Made by a program: the position numbers and the translations under genes. A DNA stretch of 64,000 nt from NCBI GenBank assembly GCA_016861245.1, contig BOKZ01000001.1, forward strand, positions 551,006-615,005, in the 5' to 3' direction. This DNA comes from Patescibacteria group bacterium (GTDB taxonomy: Bacteria > Patescibacteriota > UBA1384 > 2-12-FULL-50-11). The notes beneath the pieces were generated by a model. That model saw nothing but the letters and a program-made list of their open reading frames with translations, was not told the origin of the DNA and searched no databases. Positions 21,386 through 30,309 of this stretch are shown one piece after another. Each line of letters opens with the position of its first letter. Positions within the stretch are counted from its first letter, which is position 1.

Positions 21386-21421
21386 TGACAATAGAGCCTA
21401 AAGCACGTTGACTGTATAAAA

Positions 21422-22270
21422 ATGGGTGGAGGGAGAATGCACGAACAAATTAGGCCGCAGGCACACGTAGCGACGTGGGCGATCTCAGTATTAATGGTGA
21501 TATTAGCTGCGACGCTTGGCACAACTAACGATATTACCAATGCAACAGAAGTCTATACGGCTCCGGACGGTACGAAGAAATACTTTACGTACGAGGGGAG
21601 CGGCGGATTTAAGGCGCCAGACGCTTGTTTAAAACCGACGGCAGAGCAGCAGGTGCAAATTGATCAAATTACAGTACTCAAAAAAGAGTTATTGGTGTTA
21701 CAAGAGAAAGATACTTCGCAATTTACTACTGAAGAGAAAGCCGCTCACGAAGCCAAGATTCAGGAATTACTAACTAAAATTAAAACAGCGGCTGGTACCG
21801 TGTCGACAGTAAAACCAGGGCCGACCGCAGAATGTAAGGCAGCGGTGGTGGCCGGCAATATTAAACTAATGACTGCACAGCTAGAGCAAACAAAATCAAA
21901 ACTAATTGTGAGCGTGGACAATGTGAGCGCCAAAATAATAAAAGTTGAAGAAGCGATCGCAAAAATTAAGCCGACAACCGAGAATCAACCGATTCTAACT
22001 GCAATTACTGCTGATATTAACGCCGCAAAGCTTAACCTAGTCATCCTTTCCGATTTTCTAACCAAAACACAATCTCAAATGGAATCGTTTTTAACGCTTT
22101 CAAAAACCGATCCTAACAAAGCGTACGATTCAATTAGAACCTTTAGGGTTGGCGGAGATAATCTGAAGGCTACAAAGGCAAGCGAAGGAATAATTAGCGC
22201 GTTTACGAGCCTGAAAGCCAATATCGAGCGCTTAATCGAACTTACGGAGGGTAGTAATGGAAATATCTAA
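21422..22270 (+). CDS. hypothetical secreted/membrane-anchored coiled-coil protein
   Basis: 282 aa; N-terminal TM/signal segment VATWAISVLMVILAATLG; alternative ATG at 21437; GGAGGG nearby. Confidence 0.5.
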   Translation: MGGGRMHEQIRPQAHVATWAISVLMVILAATLGTTNDITNATEVYTAPDGTKKYFTYEGSGGFKAPDACLKPTAEQQVQIDQITVLKKELLVLQEKDTSQFTTEEKAAHEAKIQELLTKIKTAAGTVSTVKPGPTAECKAAVVAGNIKLMTAQLEQTKSKLIVSVDNVSAKIIKVEEAIAKIKPTTENQPILTAITADINAAKLNLVILSDFLTKTQSQMESFLTLSKTDPNKAYDSIRTFRVGGDNLKATKASEGIISAFTSLKANIERLIELTEGSNGNI

Positions 22271-22538
22271 TTCACCAGTACCGGCATCGCAGCCGCACTC
22301 AAAAGTCTGGTTAGTGGTGACGCTCGTAGTGTCAGTAGTTGCAGCAGGTTTAATTTGGTACTTCTTGTATCCGAAAGCAGAGGAGTTAAATACGCAGACG
22401 CCAGAGTCCCAAAAAACCGTCAAAAATGCTGTTGATGAGACGCTAGTTGCAGCAAAAAACGATCTGAATACCGTTAATGTCGAGGAGTTAAAAGTTGCGG
22501 TCGACGAGTTAAAATCCACCCTTGACGCTTTTGAATAA
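22257..22538 (+). CDS. small single-pass membrane protein (93 aa)
   Basis: RBS GGAGGG 6 nt upstream; TM LVVTLVVSVVAAGLIWYFL. Confidence 0.5.
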   Translation: MEISNSPVPASQPHSKVWLVVTLVVSVVAAGLIWYFLYPKAEELNTQTPESQKTVKNAVDETLVAAKNDLNTVNVEELKVAVDELKSTLDAFE

Positions 22539-22676
22539 TAAAATGCCCCGACGGTGCGGGGCTTAGAGATCGGCGTAGATCTCGGGTGGGACAACGAGGT
22601 CGAGCTTGTTTCGTTCGATCGCTTCGGCGATAATTTGCTCTCGGGTCATTCTGTAAACAACCATTCTTGTTGCGAT

Positions 22677-23024
22677 TCAGCGGCAGATCGTCATGGCCGG
22701 TGAGAGACCGAGACTCATCATTACAACGGCGCTAGCTGCAAGGAGTTTTACGATCTCACCGTGGTTAATCGAACGTAGCTCGATTAAAAGATCGTCTACT
22801 GTTCTATACAGAGCCATCGCCTCGTGCTCGATACAAAACCGGCAAGCAGTGCGCCCGTGTGGCTGAAAGATCATATGCGGTTGCGAATGAATGGGGCAAT
22901 AGATTCCTTGTTCGAGCGCGCATGATACACACGAGAACGGCGACTGCGAGAGATCAACTTGCTCGCAGATTTCGGGAATAGCAACGACGATATCTGGTTC
23001 TTTCTGACAATACCGACAAACCAT
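22677..23024 (-). CDS. Cys-rich putative zinc-binding protein with hydrophobic C-terminus
   Basis: 115 aa; CRYCQ...CVSC...C...CRFC; RBS GGAG 7 nt before ATG on minus strand; a further 28-codon ORF (22563..22649, minus) follows its stop. Confidence 0.45.
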   Translation of the reverse strand: MVCRYCQKEPDIVVAIPEICEQVDLSQSPFSCVSCALEQGIYCPIHSQPHMIFQPHGRTACRFCIEHEAMALYRTVDDLLIELRSINHGEIVKLLAASAVVMMSLGLSPAMTICR

Positions 23025-23086
23025 AATGTAACTCCAAGGTGCTGATGCGCATTTTATCGAAAAATAGTTGATTTACAATTTCGTCA

Positions 23087-23115
23087 TTGACCAGCACTTG
23101 GTACGAGGGTATGGT
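23087..23115 (+). promoter_or_regulatory. candidate promoter (TTGACC-17-TATGGT) for the repeat protein gene
   Basis: hexamers read in the divergent intergenic region. Confidence 0.25.
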
Positions 23116-23142
23116 CTATAAAAGTGTAGAAGAGGAGGTAAT

Positions 23143-23700
23143 ATGACATCTATAGCAGAAGATATGAAGAACGCTGTCGTAGCAACAGTGAAGGGAACGG
23201 GGGAAATTGGAGAAGCGTTAGTCGAGGCTGTTAGTGGTGTTGCAACAGCAGTTCTAGGCGGCGTAAAGGACGTTAGTCAAGAGGCGATTGCCCTACCTGC
23301 TGAGCTAGTAAAGTCAGCACTAACTGCAGTATCCGATGCGGGCGTGGCTGGAGTTAAGGCAACAGAACACGTTGTAAACGGTGTTGTCTCTTCTGTCTCA
23401 AACAGCGTTGTAAGTACAGAAGAAGGTGTGGGAGCTGTTGCTCAAACTTCTATTAAAGTTGCCCATGATACCGGTGCAGACTTGGGTGAGAGCGCTGTTA
23501 GTATCGTTAGAGGAGCAATCGAAGGAGTAAAGCGAACTGGCGGCGATGTAGGCTCAGCTACCAAGGCTGCTGTCACTGGTGTGATAGACGGTGCAGGCGA
23601 AATCGGCGAGACCGCAGTGGAAACTGTTTCAGGTGCCGTTTCAAGTGGCGTAGATGGTACTAAAGATATTGTTGAAAGCGTATTGTCTTCAAAAAAGTAA
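23143..23700 (+). CDS. Ala/Gly/Val-rich repetitive protein (phasin/LEA-like, internal duplication)
   Basis: 185 aa; RBS GAGGAGG; N-terminal VKGTGEIGEALVEAVSGVATAVLGGVKDV repeated at C-terminus as IDGAGEIGETAVETVSGAVSSGVDGTKDIV. Confidence 0.6.
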   Translation: MTSIAEDMKNAVVATVKGTGEIGEALVEAVSGVATAVLGGVKDVSQEAIALPAELVKSALTAVSDAGVAGVKATEHVVNGVVSSVSNSVVSTEEGVGAVAQTSIKVAHDTGADLGESAVSIVRGAIEGVKRTGGDVGSATKAAVTGVIDGAGEIGETAVETVSGAVSSGVDGTKDIVESVLSSKK

Positions 23701-23717
23701 TTCGTTCTTAAAATTAT

Positions 23718-24116
23718 ATGAACGGTTACGTAGAGAATATCGAACTTGAGACACAACAGAATACCAACTTTCGCAAAGTTGTTTATACCGGCAAGCATTC
23801 TCAGTTGGTGCTGATGAGTCTGTTACCTGGTGAGGAAATCGGAGAAGAAGTTCACGAGGACGGCGATCAATTTTTCCGGGTTGATGACGGCGTCGGCAAG
23901 GTTGTAATTGATGGTGTAGAAACAGAACTGACTGACGGGAGCGCTGTGGTTGTTCCGGCTGGTGCTACTCATAACGTTATCAACACTTCGGAAACCGAGC
24001 CATTGAAACTGTATACGATATATAGCCCTCCGCACCACCGCGAAGGAGTTGTCCACGTGACCAAAAACGACTCCGAAAACGATAACGAAGAGTTCGACGG
24101 CATAACTACGGAATAA
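23718..24116 (+). CDS. cupin-domain protein
   Basis: 132 aa; HEDGDQFFRV...VVVPAGATHNVIN two-motif cupin pattern. Confidence 0.65.
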   Translation: MNGYVENIELETQQNTNFRKVVYTGKHSQLVLMSLLPGEEIGEEVHEDGDQFFRVDDGVGKVVIDGVETELTDGSAVVVPAGATHNVINTSETEPLKLYTIYSPPHHREGVVHVTKNDSENDNEEFDGITTE

Positions 24117-24124
24117 AAATTGCA

Positions 24125-24646
24125 ATGAAGATCGAAACAATCGTCTTTGGAGGCGGCTGTTTCTGGTGCACTGAAGCAATTTTTAAACAGCTCCAAGGCG
24201 TACAATCGATTGAGTCAGGATACGCCGGTGGAACTACGTTAGATCCTTCGTACGAAAATATCGGCGATCACGCCGAGGTGATAAAAATAGAATACGATCC
24301 AAAAGAGATAAAGTTCGAAGATCTACTAACTGTATTTTTTGCAACACATGACCCGACAACTTTAAATCGGCAGGGCGCTGATGTGGGGACGCAGTACCGA
24401 TCGGTTGTCTTGTGTTCAAACGAAAAGCAAAGAGATATTGCGATAAAATTTATCGATAACTTAAATAATCAAACTGAGTTTGGCGACCCGATCGTAACAG
24501 AGGTTGAGATGTTAAAGAAATTTTTTCTAGCCGAAGTGTATCACCAAAATTATTACTCTAATAATCCAAATTCCGTGTATTGCCAAGTTGTGATCAACCC
24601 AAAACTTAAAAAAGTAAAAGAAAAATTTGCAAAATTGCTGTTATAA
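24125..24646 (+). CDS. msrA: peptide methionine sulfoxide reductase A
   Basis: 173 aa; GGGCFWCTEAIF active-site motif. Confidence 0.9.
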   Translation: MKIETIVFGGGCFWCTEAIFKQLQGVQSIESGYAGGTTLDPSYENIGDHAEVIKIEYDPKEIKFEDLLTVFFATHDPTTLNRQGADVGTQYRSVVLCSNEKQRDIAIKFIDNLNNQTEFGDPIVTEVEMLKKFFLAEVYHQNYYSNNPNSVYCQVVINPKLKKVKEKFAKLLL

Positions 24647-24668
24647 AAAAGCGGCCCTTACGGGCCGG
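24645..24668 (-). terminator. hairpin terminator between convergent genes (T-run on minus strand)
   Basis: AAAAAA-GCGGCCC-TTAC-GGGCCG; reads as CGGCCCGTAAGGGCCGCTTTTTT on minus strand. Confidence 0.45.
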
Positions 24669-25104
24669 GATCGAGAAACGAGATCAAGAAGATTTCGAAC
24701 GGATCGGAAGCGCTGCGAGCGTTCGGTCGAACATAGCTCGCGTACCCGAGTGCCAGAAGCGTCGCTCGGATGTTATGTGAGAGCTTCCAGTTCTCCAGCG
24801 GTTTGTTGAAAACAGTGTCGAGCGAGCGACCGACTGCTTCGTCGTCGATCTCATGGTCATCAACCTGCCTGAACAATAGTTTAACGTCGTCGCTGTCGCA
24901 CTTTTCGATGTACGGCGCCGCCGCATCACGGTAGAGTTCTGGGTCGTAATCCAGAAATCTGCCAAGCATCGGCACAAATCGAGGTCCGGTCAGGTGTCCG
25001 CAGCGTTCCATGGCGCGTTCGAACATAATGAGTCGGTCGACGTCCGAAAAGCACGGACCAAGTGTCGAGGTGAATAAATCGATGTCGTGTTGTGTAAGGT
25101 CCAT
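24658..25104 (-). CDS. hypothetical protein (148 aa) downstream of the KAS-III-like gene
   Basis: ATG with GGAGGG RBS on minus strand (start at internal Met MDLTQHDIDLF of the 182-aa track ORF). Confidence 0.5.
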   Translation of the reverse strand: MDLTQHDIDLFTSTLGPCFSDVDRLIMFERAMERCGHLTGPRFVPMLGRFLDYDPELYRDAAAPYIEKCDSDDVKLLFRQVDDHEIDDEAVGRSLDTVFNKPLENWKLSHNIRATLLALGYASYVRPNARSASDPFEIFLISFLDPGP

Positions 25105-25196
25105 TGTTACCCTCCGCGTGCAAGAGAATATACTCGATTTTACCAAGAAAATCAACGATTTTACTACAAAAAAACCCGCCGTGAGGCGGGGAGGTC

Positions 25197-26297
25197 TTAC
25201 GGCCAACGATAGGCGATGAAGTTGTAAACGACACCGCCACCGAATGTGGCGAAAATCAGCTGGTCGTTTCGCTGGAAGTAACCAAGCTCGGCGTAGTGTG
25301 CAAGCGTACTAAACACCGAGGCAGAAGATTGGTTGCCGCGCTCAGCGATCCGATTAAGCACCCGCTCGGGCGGTATGCCAATAACTTCGCCGAGTCGTCG
25401 AACCATTCTCCAATTGCCGTTGTGTGGCAGTAGGAACGTTCGTTCGTCGACAGAAATACGCGAGTCAATTAGGAATTGTTTGAGTTTTTGAGCGATCGGT
25501 CCGATCACCCACTGGTAGATCTCCGTACCCCTACCTTCCATAGAAGCATTCAATGCCGGAAAACGACGGTGGTCTGGGTGAACGCCGATCCCGCGACTGC
25601 GAGTGGTGCCAGATAGGCTGCCATCAGCTCTAGAGATGAAATCTTGTACACCGAAGTTTCTGTTATCAGAGAAGCTGGCATATACAACAACTGCGCTACC
25701 GCCATCGCCCCAAAGCAAAGCGTTCTCGTCCATATGGTCGTTGCAACGCGAACCGATGGTCTCGCCTACTGCAACCAAAGCGTACATATCGCAGCCAGTT
25801 TGGAGTGCTCGGACTGTTTCGATGAACGCTTGTGTGCCAGAACAGCAGGCTGCTGAAACATCGAACGCTTCAGCATCAGGGATGTTAAGCAAGTACTGCA
25901 ACTTGGCAGCGCAGCTCGGGTAGAGATCGTCTGGTGTAGAACCGCCACTAACGATGAGGTGGATTTTCTCTCTCGAGAAATTCGGGTTATTACGCTCGGC
26001 TACAGCGATCGCTCGTTCAGCTGCTTGTCGTGCTAGTTGTGTTGAATCGGCTTCAGGGATGTATTGTCTGGTGACGATCCCGAGTTTTTTGGTAACGGAT
26101 TCGGTAGTATGAGCCCGAACTTTTTCAAGCTCAAGCCTGTACCTCTCGCGCTCGTGCTCGGATTGTTGAGAACCGACAACTAACGGTTCGAGCTTGCGCT
26201 CGATTGCCCGCAAAACGGTCGGGTTGTCGACTGAAAAACGATCTTCGGTTGGAGTATCGCCCCAGCCGATGATCTGGATTGGGTGGGAAAGTCGCAT
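25197..26297 (-). CDS. 3-oxoacyl-ACP synthase III (FabH/KAS III)-family condensing enzyme
   Basis: 366 aa; Cys-His-Asn triad contexts DVSAACCSG, LLPHNGN, ERGNQSSASVF; RBS AAGGAG. Confidence 0.7.
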   Translation of the reverse strand: MRLSHPIQIIGWGDTPTEDRFSVDNPTVLRAIERKLEPLVVGSQQSEHERERYRLELEKVRAHTTESVTKKLGIVTRQYIPEADSTQLARQAAERAIAVAERNNPNFSREKIHLIVSGGSTPDDLYPSCAAKLQYLLNIPDAEAFDVSAACCSGTQAFIETVRALQTGCDMYALVAVGETIGSRCNDHMDENALLWGDGGSAVVVYASFSDNRNFGVQDFISRADGSLSGTTRSRGIGVHPDHRRFPALNASMEGRGTEIYQWVIGPIAQKLKQFLIDSRISVDERTFLLPHNGNWRMVRRLGEVIGIPPERVLNRIAERGNQSSASVFSTLAHYAELGYFQRNDQLIFATFGGGVVYNFIAYRWP

Positions 26298-26508
26298 GAG
26301 GCTTCTCCTTATTGTTCAGGTTCGAACCTGTAGTGCAATTTTGGCACGATCTTCAAAAGATATCCAGGTATTGCAACAGATAAAAAAATTCAGTATTTTT
26401 CCAAAACGGTCGCCAGGACCGTCAAGTGGGCCAAGAGCGGCTGCTTGGCATAGTTGCCACTTGCTCCGGCGGGTTGCGGCGCCGCAATCGCCGCGCCCGC
26501 TTATTTTC

Positions 26509-26537
26509 TTGACTTACTCTCGAAAAGGCCTCATAAT
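26509..26537 (+). promoter_or_regulatory. candidate sigma70 promoter for the rplC operon (TTGACT-17-CATAAT)
   Basis: hexamers read directly about 55 nt upstream of rplC ATG. Confidence 0.35.
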
Positions 26538-26589
26538 TGGTAAGCATATTCAACCTGTTACGAGTTGAGTGTTAAATATTTATTTCTAA

Positions 26590-27171
26590 ATGAAAATTCT
26601 TTTAGGACAGAAAATTGGTATGACACAGCTTTGGGATAACAAGGGCAAGCTTGTTGCGGCCACTGTTATTCAGGCACAGCCAAATAAAGTTCTACGACAC
26701 GGCGAAAGCCGCGTTTTTGTTGCGGCTAACGTTCGTGGCAAAGTTAATAAACCACAACAAAAATTAGCTAAAGAAGCCGGCATCACCGACGGCATGTGGT
26801 TAAAAAGCGTTACTGATATTGAAGGCGAAACGCTCGATGTAACACAGTTTGAAATTGGTGACGTCGTGACAGTTAGTGGTACCACTAAAGGTAAGGGTTT
26901 TAGCGGTACGATTAAACGTCATAACTTCCACCGTGGACCGATGACTCACGGTGGTGATAACCATCGCGGACCGGGTTCGATCGGTGCACAACGACCGCAG
27001 CGCGTACCGAAAGGTCAGAAAATGGCCGGTCATCTCGGTAACGTTCAGTTTACTTCTCGCGGAAACAAGGTTATCGCCGTCGAGCCAGCTGAGAACTTAT
27101 TAGTGATCGCTGGTGCAGTGCCAGGACCAAAAAAATCTAACGTTATCGTCCGATTACAGGAGAATAAATAA
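26590..27171 (+). CDS. rplC: 50S ribosomal protein L3
   Basis: 193 aa L3 signature MKILLGQKIGMTQ. Confidence 0.95.
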   Translation: MKILLGQKIGMTQLWDNKGKLVAATVIQAQPNKVLRHGESRVFVAANVRGKVNKPQQKLAKEAGITDGMWLKSVTDIEGETLDVTQFEIGDVVTVSGTTKGKGFSGTIKRHNFHRGPMTHGGDNHRGPGSIGAQRPQRVPKGQKMAGHLGNVQFTSRGNKVIAVEPAENLLVIAGAVPGPKKSNVIVRLQENK

Positions 27172-27782
27172 TGGCCAAGGCAAAATTAAACGTATCGCTA
27201 ATTAAACAAGCCTTGCGCACCAAGCAAGCGAATACTCGGCAGGCAACGTCGCACGTTAAAACACGCGGCGAGGTTTCTGGTGGCGGTAAAAAGCCATGGA
27301 AGCAGAAAGGTACTGGTCGCGCCCGTGCTGGTTCAAGCCGAAGCCCGATTTGGGTTGGCGGCGGAATTGTGTTCGGCCCAAGCCGAGAGCGCAATTACAA
27401 ACTCAATTTACCGAAAAAAATGAATCGAGCAGCGATTACTCAGTTACTTCGGTACCAATTGGAAAACGGTGCACTAAAAATCGTTGACAAACTAGCACTC
27501 AAAGAGCCAAAAACCAAATTAGCGCTCAAATTACTAGAAGAGCATGGCGCCCAGAGCACGGTAACAATTATTACAAAAGAAGTGCAGCCAGAGTTACTAG
27601 CCGGCACTAACAATTTAAAAACTGTTTCAGTTATTTTAGCAGATAACGTATCGGTATTAGATATCGCCCACGCAAAGACCATCCTTGTCGACAAAGCCTC
27701 GGCCGAGCAGTTCGGATTAGTCGAGAAGGTAGCTGAATCGAAACCAAAACCAAAAAGCAAAATAACAGCTAAAAAGAAATAA
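27171..27782 (+). CDS. rplD: 50S ribosomal protein L4
   Basis: 203 aa; conserved order. Confidence 0.93.
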   Translation: MAKAKLNVSLIKQALRTKQANTRQATSHVKTRGEVSGGGKKPWKQKGTGRARAGSSRSPIWVGGGIVFGPSRERNYKLNLPKKMNRAAITQLLRYQLENGALKIVDKLALKEPKTKLALKLLEEHGAQSTVTIITKEVQPELLAGTNNLKTVSVILADNVSVLDIAHAKTILVDKASAEQFGLVEKVAESKPKPKSKITAKKK

Positions 27783-28099
27783 TGAGCTCAATTATCGCCC
27801 CAGTTTTAACAGAAAAATCGGCAAGCAATTTTGATAACGGCTTGTACGTGTTTGCTGTAGCTAAATACGCGACAAAAAACTCGATCGCGGCAGAGCTAAA
27901 ACACCTCTACGATGTTGATGTAACGTCGGTTCGAATTGTTAATTTACCAGCTAAAACAGTTAATTTTAAACGAAAACCCGGGGTACGCAGCGTTCGACGC
28001 AAAGCTTATATCCAACTTGCTCCGAAGCAAAAAATCGCTGGCTTTGAAGTTCAAAAAGAAGCAAAAGAAAAGGAAGAGAAAGTAGAGGAGACTAAGTAA
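27782..28099 (+). CDS. rplW: 50S ribosomal protein L23
   Basis: 105 aa. Confidence 0.93.
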   Translation: MSSIIAPVLTEKSASNFDNGLYVFAVAKYATKNSIAAELKHLYDVDVTSVRIVNLPAKTVNFKRKPGVRSVRRKAYIQLAPKQKIAGFEVQKEAKEKEEKVEETK

Positions 28100-28932
28100 T
28101 GCCACGCGCTATTAAACCGACCAGTCCGGCGATTCGCCACATGAGTTACGGCGATTTTAGTACCCTAACTAAAAAACGACCAGAAAAGTCGCTAACGTTT
28201 CGTTTGAAAAAGCACGGCGGACGCGACAATAAAGGCACAATTTCCGTCCGTCACCAGGGCGGTGGCTCAAAAAAGCTTTATCGAGCTGTAGATTTTAAGT
28301 TTTTACCGTTTGAAGGTAAGGCAGTTGTAACAGCAATCGAGTACGACCCAAACCGTTCAGCGTTTATCGCGTTAATCGAAGTCGGTGAGGCGAAGACAAA
28401 AAATTACATCATAGCTGCAGAAGGTTTGAAAGTTGGCGATACCGTTACCTCAGGACCGGCTAAGAAGTTTACAGTCGGATCTCGTATGAAACTAGCTGAT
28501 TTACCGGTCGGTACGGTTATTCATAATATCGAGCTTAACCCGGGACAAGGCGGTAAAATCGTGCGTTCAGCCGGTTCTAGCTCGGTGCTAGCTGCCAAGG
28601 AAGGCAAGTTTGCGTATATCAAGATGCCTTCTTCAGAAATGCGTAAAGTCCTGTTAGAATGTATGGCGTCAGTCGGTGCGGTTTCTAATCCAACTCATAA
28701 CCGCGTTCGCATTGCAAAAGCCGGTCGTATGCGCCATATGGGCGTTCGTCCATCTGTTCGTGGTAAGGCGATGTCGCCGAACTCTCACCCACACGGTGGA
28801 GGAGAAGGTTTGAGCCCGATTGGTATGAAACATCCGAAAACTCCATGGGGTAAACCGGCGCTCGGGTACCGAACCCGTCGTAACAAACGAACCCAGAAGT
28901 TTATTATTAGCCGCCGAAAGGCCAAGAGGTAA
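28099..28932 (+). CDS. rplB: 50S ribosomal protein L2
   Basis: 277 aa; SPNSHPHGGGEG motif. Confidence 0.95.
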   Translation: MPRAIKPTSPAIRHMSYGDFSTLTKKRPEKSLTFRLKKHGGRDNKGTISVRHQGGGSKKLYRAVDFKFLPFEGKAVVTAIEYDPNRSAFIALIEVGEAKTKNYIIAAEGLKVGDTVTSGPAKKFTVGSRMKLADLPVGTVIHNIELNPGQGGKIVRSAGSSSVLAAKEGKFAYIKMPSSEMRKVLLECMASVGAVSNPTHNRVRIAKAGRMRHMGVRPSVRGKAMSPNSHPHGGGEGLSPIGMKHPKTPWGKPALGYRTRRNKRTQKFIISRRKAKR

Positions 28933-28937
28933 AGTAG

Positions 28938-29237
28938 ATGAGTCGATCACTGAAAAAGGGTCCGTACTGCGATCCAAAATTACTCAAAAAAATTCAGAAT
29001 ATGCCAGCTGGCTCACGCACGGTAATTAAAACGTGGTCGCGTTCGTCGACGATCTTTCCAGAGATGGTTGGTTTTACGTTTGGTGTTCATAACGGCAAGA
29101 CTCATCAAGCAGTAACTGTTGTGGAAGAGATGGTCGGTCATAAACTCGGTGAGTTTGCGCCAACTCGGAAATTCCGTAGTCACGGCGGTAAAATGGCAAA
29201 AGAGCAAGGCGCCGCTCCAGCCGGAGGTAAGAAATAA
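28938..29237 (+). CDS. rpsS: 30S ribosomal protein S19
   Basis: 99 aa [10 protein letters not shown]. Confidence 0.95.
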   Translation: MSRSLKKGPYCDPKLLKKIQNMPAGSRTVIKTWSRSSTIFPEMVGFTFGVHNGKTHQAVTVVEEMVGHKLGEFAPTRKFRSHGGKMAKEQGAAPAGGKK

Positions 29238-29239
29238 CC

Positions 29240-29644
29240 ATGGCTGTAACTATTAAATTACGCTACATCAGACATTCTGCTAAAAAATTGCGTCCGTACG
29301 CACGCCTTTTTGTTGGTAAGCCTCTTCAGGGTTCGATTAACAAAAGTATGCTGATGCCACAGGATTCCGCTCAATTTATTTATAAAGCACTACTAATGGC
29401 GCGCGCAGCAGCAGAGTCTAAAGAGTTTAAACCAGAAGAGATGATCGTCTCGATGATTATGGCCGACGAAGGTCCACGGATTAAGCGAATGCGACCGAAC
29501 GCTCGTGGTCGCTCGAACCGCTACCAAAAACACTTGGCTCACCTAACCCTTAGTGTTGATGTGCCAAAAATTGAACCGAAGAAAATCGAAGAAAAACCAA
29601 AGACTGCTAAAAAAGCCGTCGCCAAGAAAGGTGAGAAAAAGTAA
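29240..29644 (+). CDS. rplV: 50S ribosomal protein L22
   Basis: 134 aa. Confidence 0.93.
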   Translation: MAVTIKLRYIRHSAKKLRPYARLFVGKPLQGSINKSMLMPQDSAQFIYKALLMARAAAESKEFKPEEMIVSMIMADEGPRIKRMRPNARGRSNRYQKHLAHLTLSVDVPKIEPKKIEEKPKTAKKAVAKKGEKK

Positions 29645-29646
29645 TC

Positions 29647-30309
29647 ATGGGTCAGAAAATTAATCCTATCAGCAATCGACTTCCGATCACCGCTAACTGG
29701 CAGAGTAAGTGGTTCGCTAAGGGTGACTTTAAAAAATACTTAGTCGCCGATTTTAAAATTCGTGATTACATTAAAGCTAAGCTCTCAAACGCAGGCTTAC
29801 GCCGAGTTGAAATTATTCGCTCACGAGATCGACTAACAATTCAATTGGCGACGAGTAAACCTGGTCTGGTGATCGGTCGCGGCGGCCAAGGTATTTCTAC
29901 TCTTAAAGACGAACTTCAGAAAAAGTTTTACCCTGAAAACTTACCAGTAATTCGGTTAGAGATTGTTGAAGATCGTCATCCCGAACTATCAGCGACGTTG
30001 ATCGGTCAGAATATTGGTAATCAGATCGAACGTCGAATTCCGTATCGAAGAGCCTGTAAGCAAGCGATCGAGCGAACGATGAGTAACAAGGTTGCTAAAG
30101 GCATTAAGATTATTGTTTCCGGTCGTTTGAACGGCGCCGAAATCGCGCGGGACGAAAAATTCCAAGACGGATCGATCCCACTTTCGCGTTACGAGTACGA
30201 TATCGACTACGACGTTTACCACGCTCGTACCACTTATGGGGTAATTGGCGTTAAAGTTTGGGTTAATCGCGGTAAATTTGTCGACCAAGAGCAGGAGGAG
30301 AAGAACTAA
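29647..30309 (+). CDS. rpsC: 30S ribosomal protein S3
   Basis: 220 aa, KH domain. Confidence 0.95.
   Translation: MGQKINPISNRLPITANWQSKWFAKGDFKKYLVADFKIRDYIKAKLSNAGLRRVEIIRSRDRLTIQLATSKPGLVIGRGGQGISTLKDELQKKFYPENLPVIRLEIVEDRHPELSATLIGQNIGNQIERRIPYRRACKQAIERTMSNKVAKGIKIIVSGRLNGAEIARDEKFQDGSIPLSRYEYDIDYDVYHARTTYGVIGVKVWVNRGKFVDQEQEEKN

Noticed and set aside
20720-21390. tmRNA, RNase P RNA, SRP RNA or 6S RNA identity for the GC-rich block
   Set aside because: I could not find the conserved GGAAAGUCCGG / ACAGAACCCGGCUUA RNase P elements, a tRNA-like 3' end with CCA plus an ALAA tag ORF, or an SRP domain IV motif by eye. It is left as unassigned.
22538-22570. Hairpin GCCCCG-ACGGTG-CGGGGC after the 93-aa membrane protein as a terminator
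   Set aside because: The stem is good but is followed by only TT. It is too weak to call, though it may act bidirectionally with the convergent minus-strand ORF.
10617-26589. Integrase, transposase or IS element, or flanking direct repeats delimiting the insert
   Set aside because: None of the encoded proteins show integrase/transposase motifs. No matching att-like direct repeats were spotted at the borders, only the tRNA-T-arm-like palindrome at 26316.
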